Assembly: GCA_964252035.1 (NCBI GenBank)
Contig: OZ176200.1
Origin: Podarcis erhardii
Taxonomy: Eukaryota
Strand: one strand, 5' to 3'
Length of the DNA stretch: 64,000 nucleotides
Shown here: in pieces, positions 63,757-64,000 of the stretch
How the letters are laid out: each line of letters opens with the position of its first letter
Numbering within the stretch: position 1 is the stretch's first letter
Made by a program: the position numbers and the translations under genes
The notes under the pieces: model-generated
What the model saw: the letters and a program-made list of their open reading frames with translations, nothing else
Database searches by the model: none
Told to the model about the DNA's origin: nothing

Positions 63757-64000
63757 CTTTTACCTGTCAGGGGAAATAGCACCATCCACAGTTGAAGCAG
63801 CAAAGCAAAGCTAGAGGGGCACTTGCCCACAGACCAGCTTGTCAGCTGCCATTAATAGTAGTTCATGTTTATTTTTGTAGAGAGGCACTTTCTCCATCTC
63901 ACAAGAGAATCAAAACACTATACCTCTTACCTGAGGCAACTCCAAAAACACACAATGAATTAGTAAGGCATTTAGGTTTACAAATCATAAGTTTCTATCT

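Overview
Squamate (probably lacertid lizard; inferred from Sauria-SINE and L2 family sequence) genomic DNA holding the 3' ends of two convergent genes. On + are the last two coding exons of SLC49A4/DIRC2 (9842-10024, 12999-13114). On - are the last ten coding exons of SEMA5B (62570 down to the stop at 33493), covering the TSP1 repeats, TM helix and cytoplasmic tail. All 12 exons have GT-AG boundaries and join in frame. The rest is intron, UTR and intergenic DNA with many TEs: L1, L2, CR1, Sauria SINE, a Penelope-like remnant, hAT and Tigger MITEs, and an internally deleted Tc1. Most ORFs in the supplied track are noise. Best leads: (1) a 282-bp multi-template-switch insertion scar in the last SLC49A4 intron; (2) a signal-peptide, Cys-rich, Gly-terminated 52-aa ORF antisense in a SEMA5B intron, behind a well-formed + strand intron; (3) a Tc1 reduced to an intact DNA-binding-only ORF; (4) a three-level nested insertion in an unidentified retroposon; (5) a chain of unexplained + strand exons downstream of SLC49A4. 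All coordinates and counts are by hand. Homology statements are from memory and no search was run.
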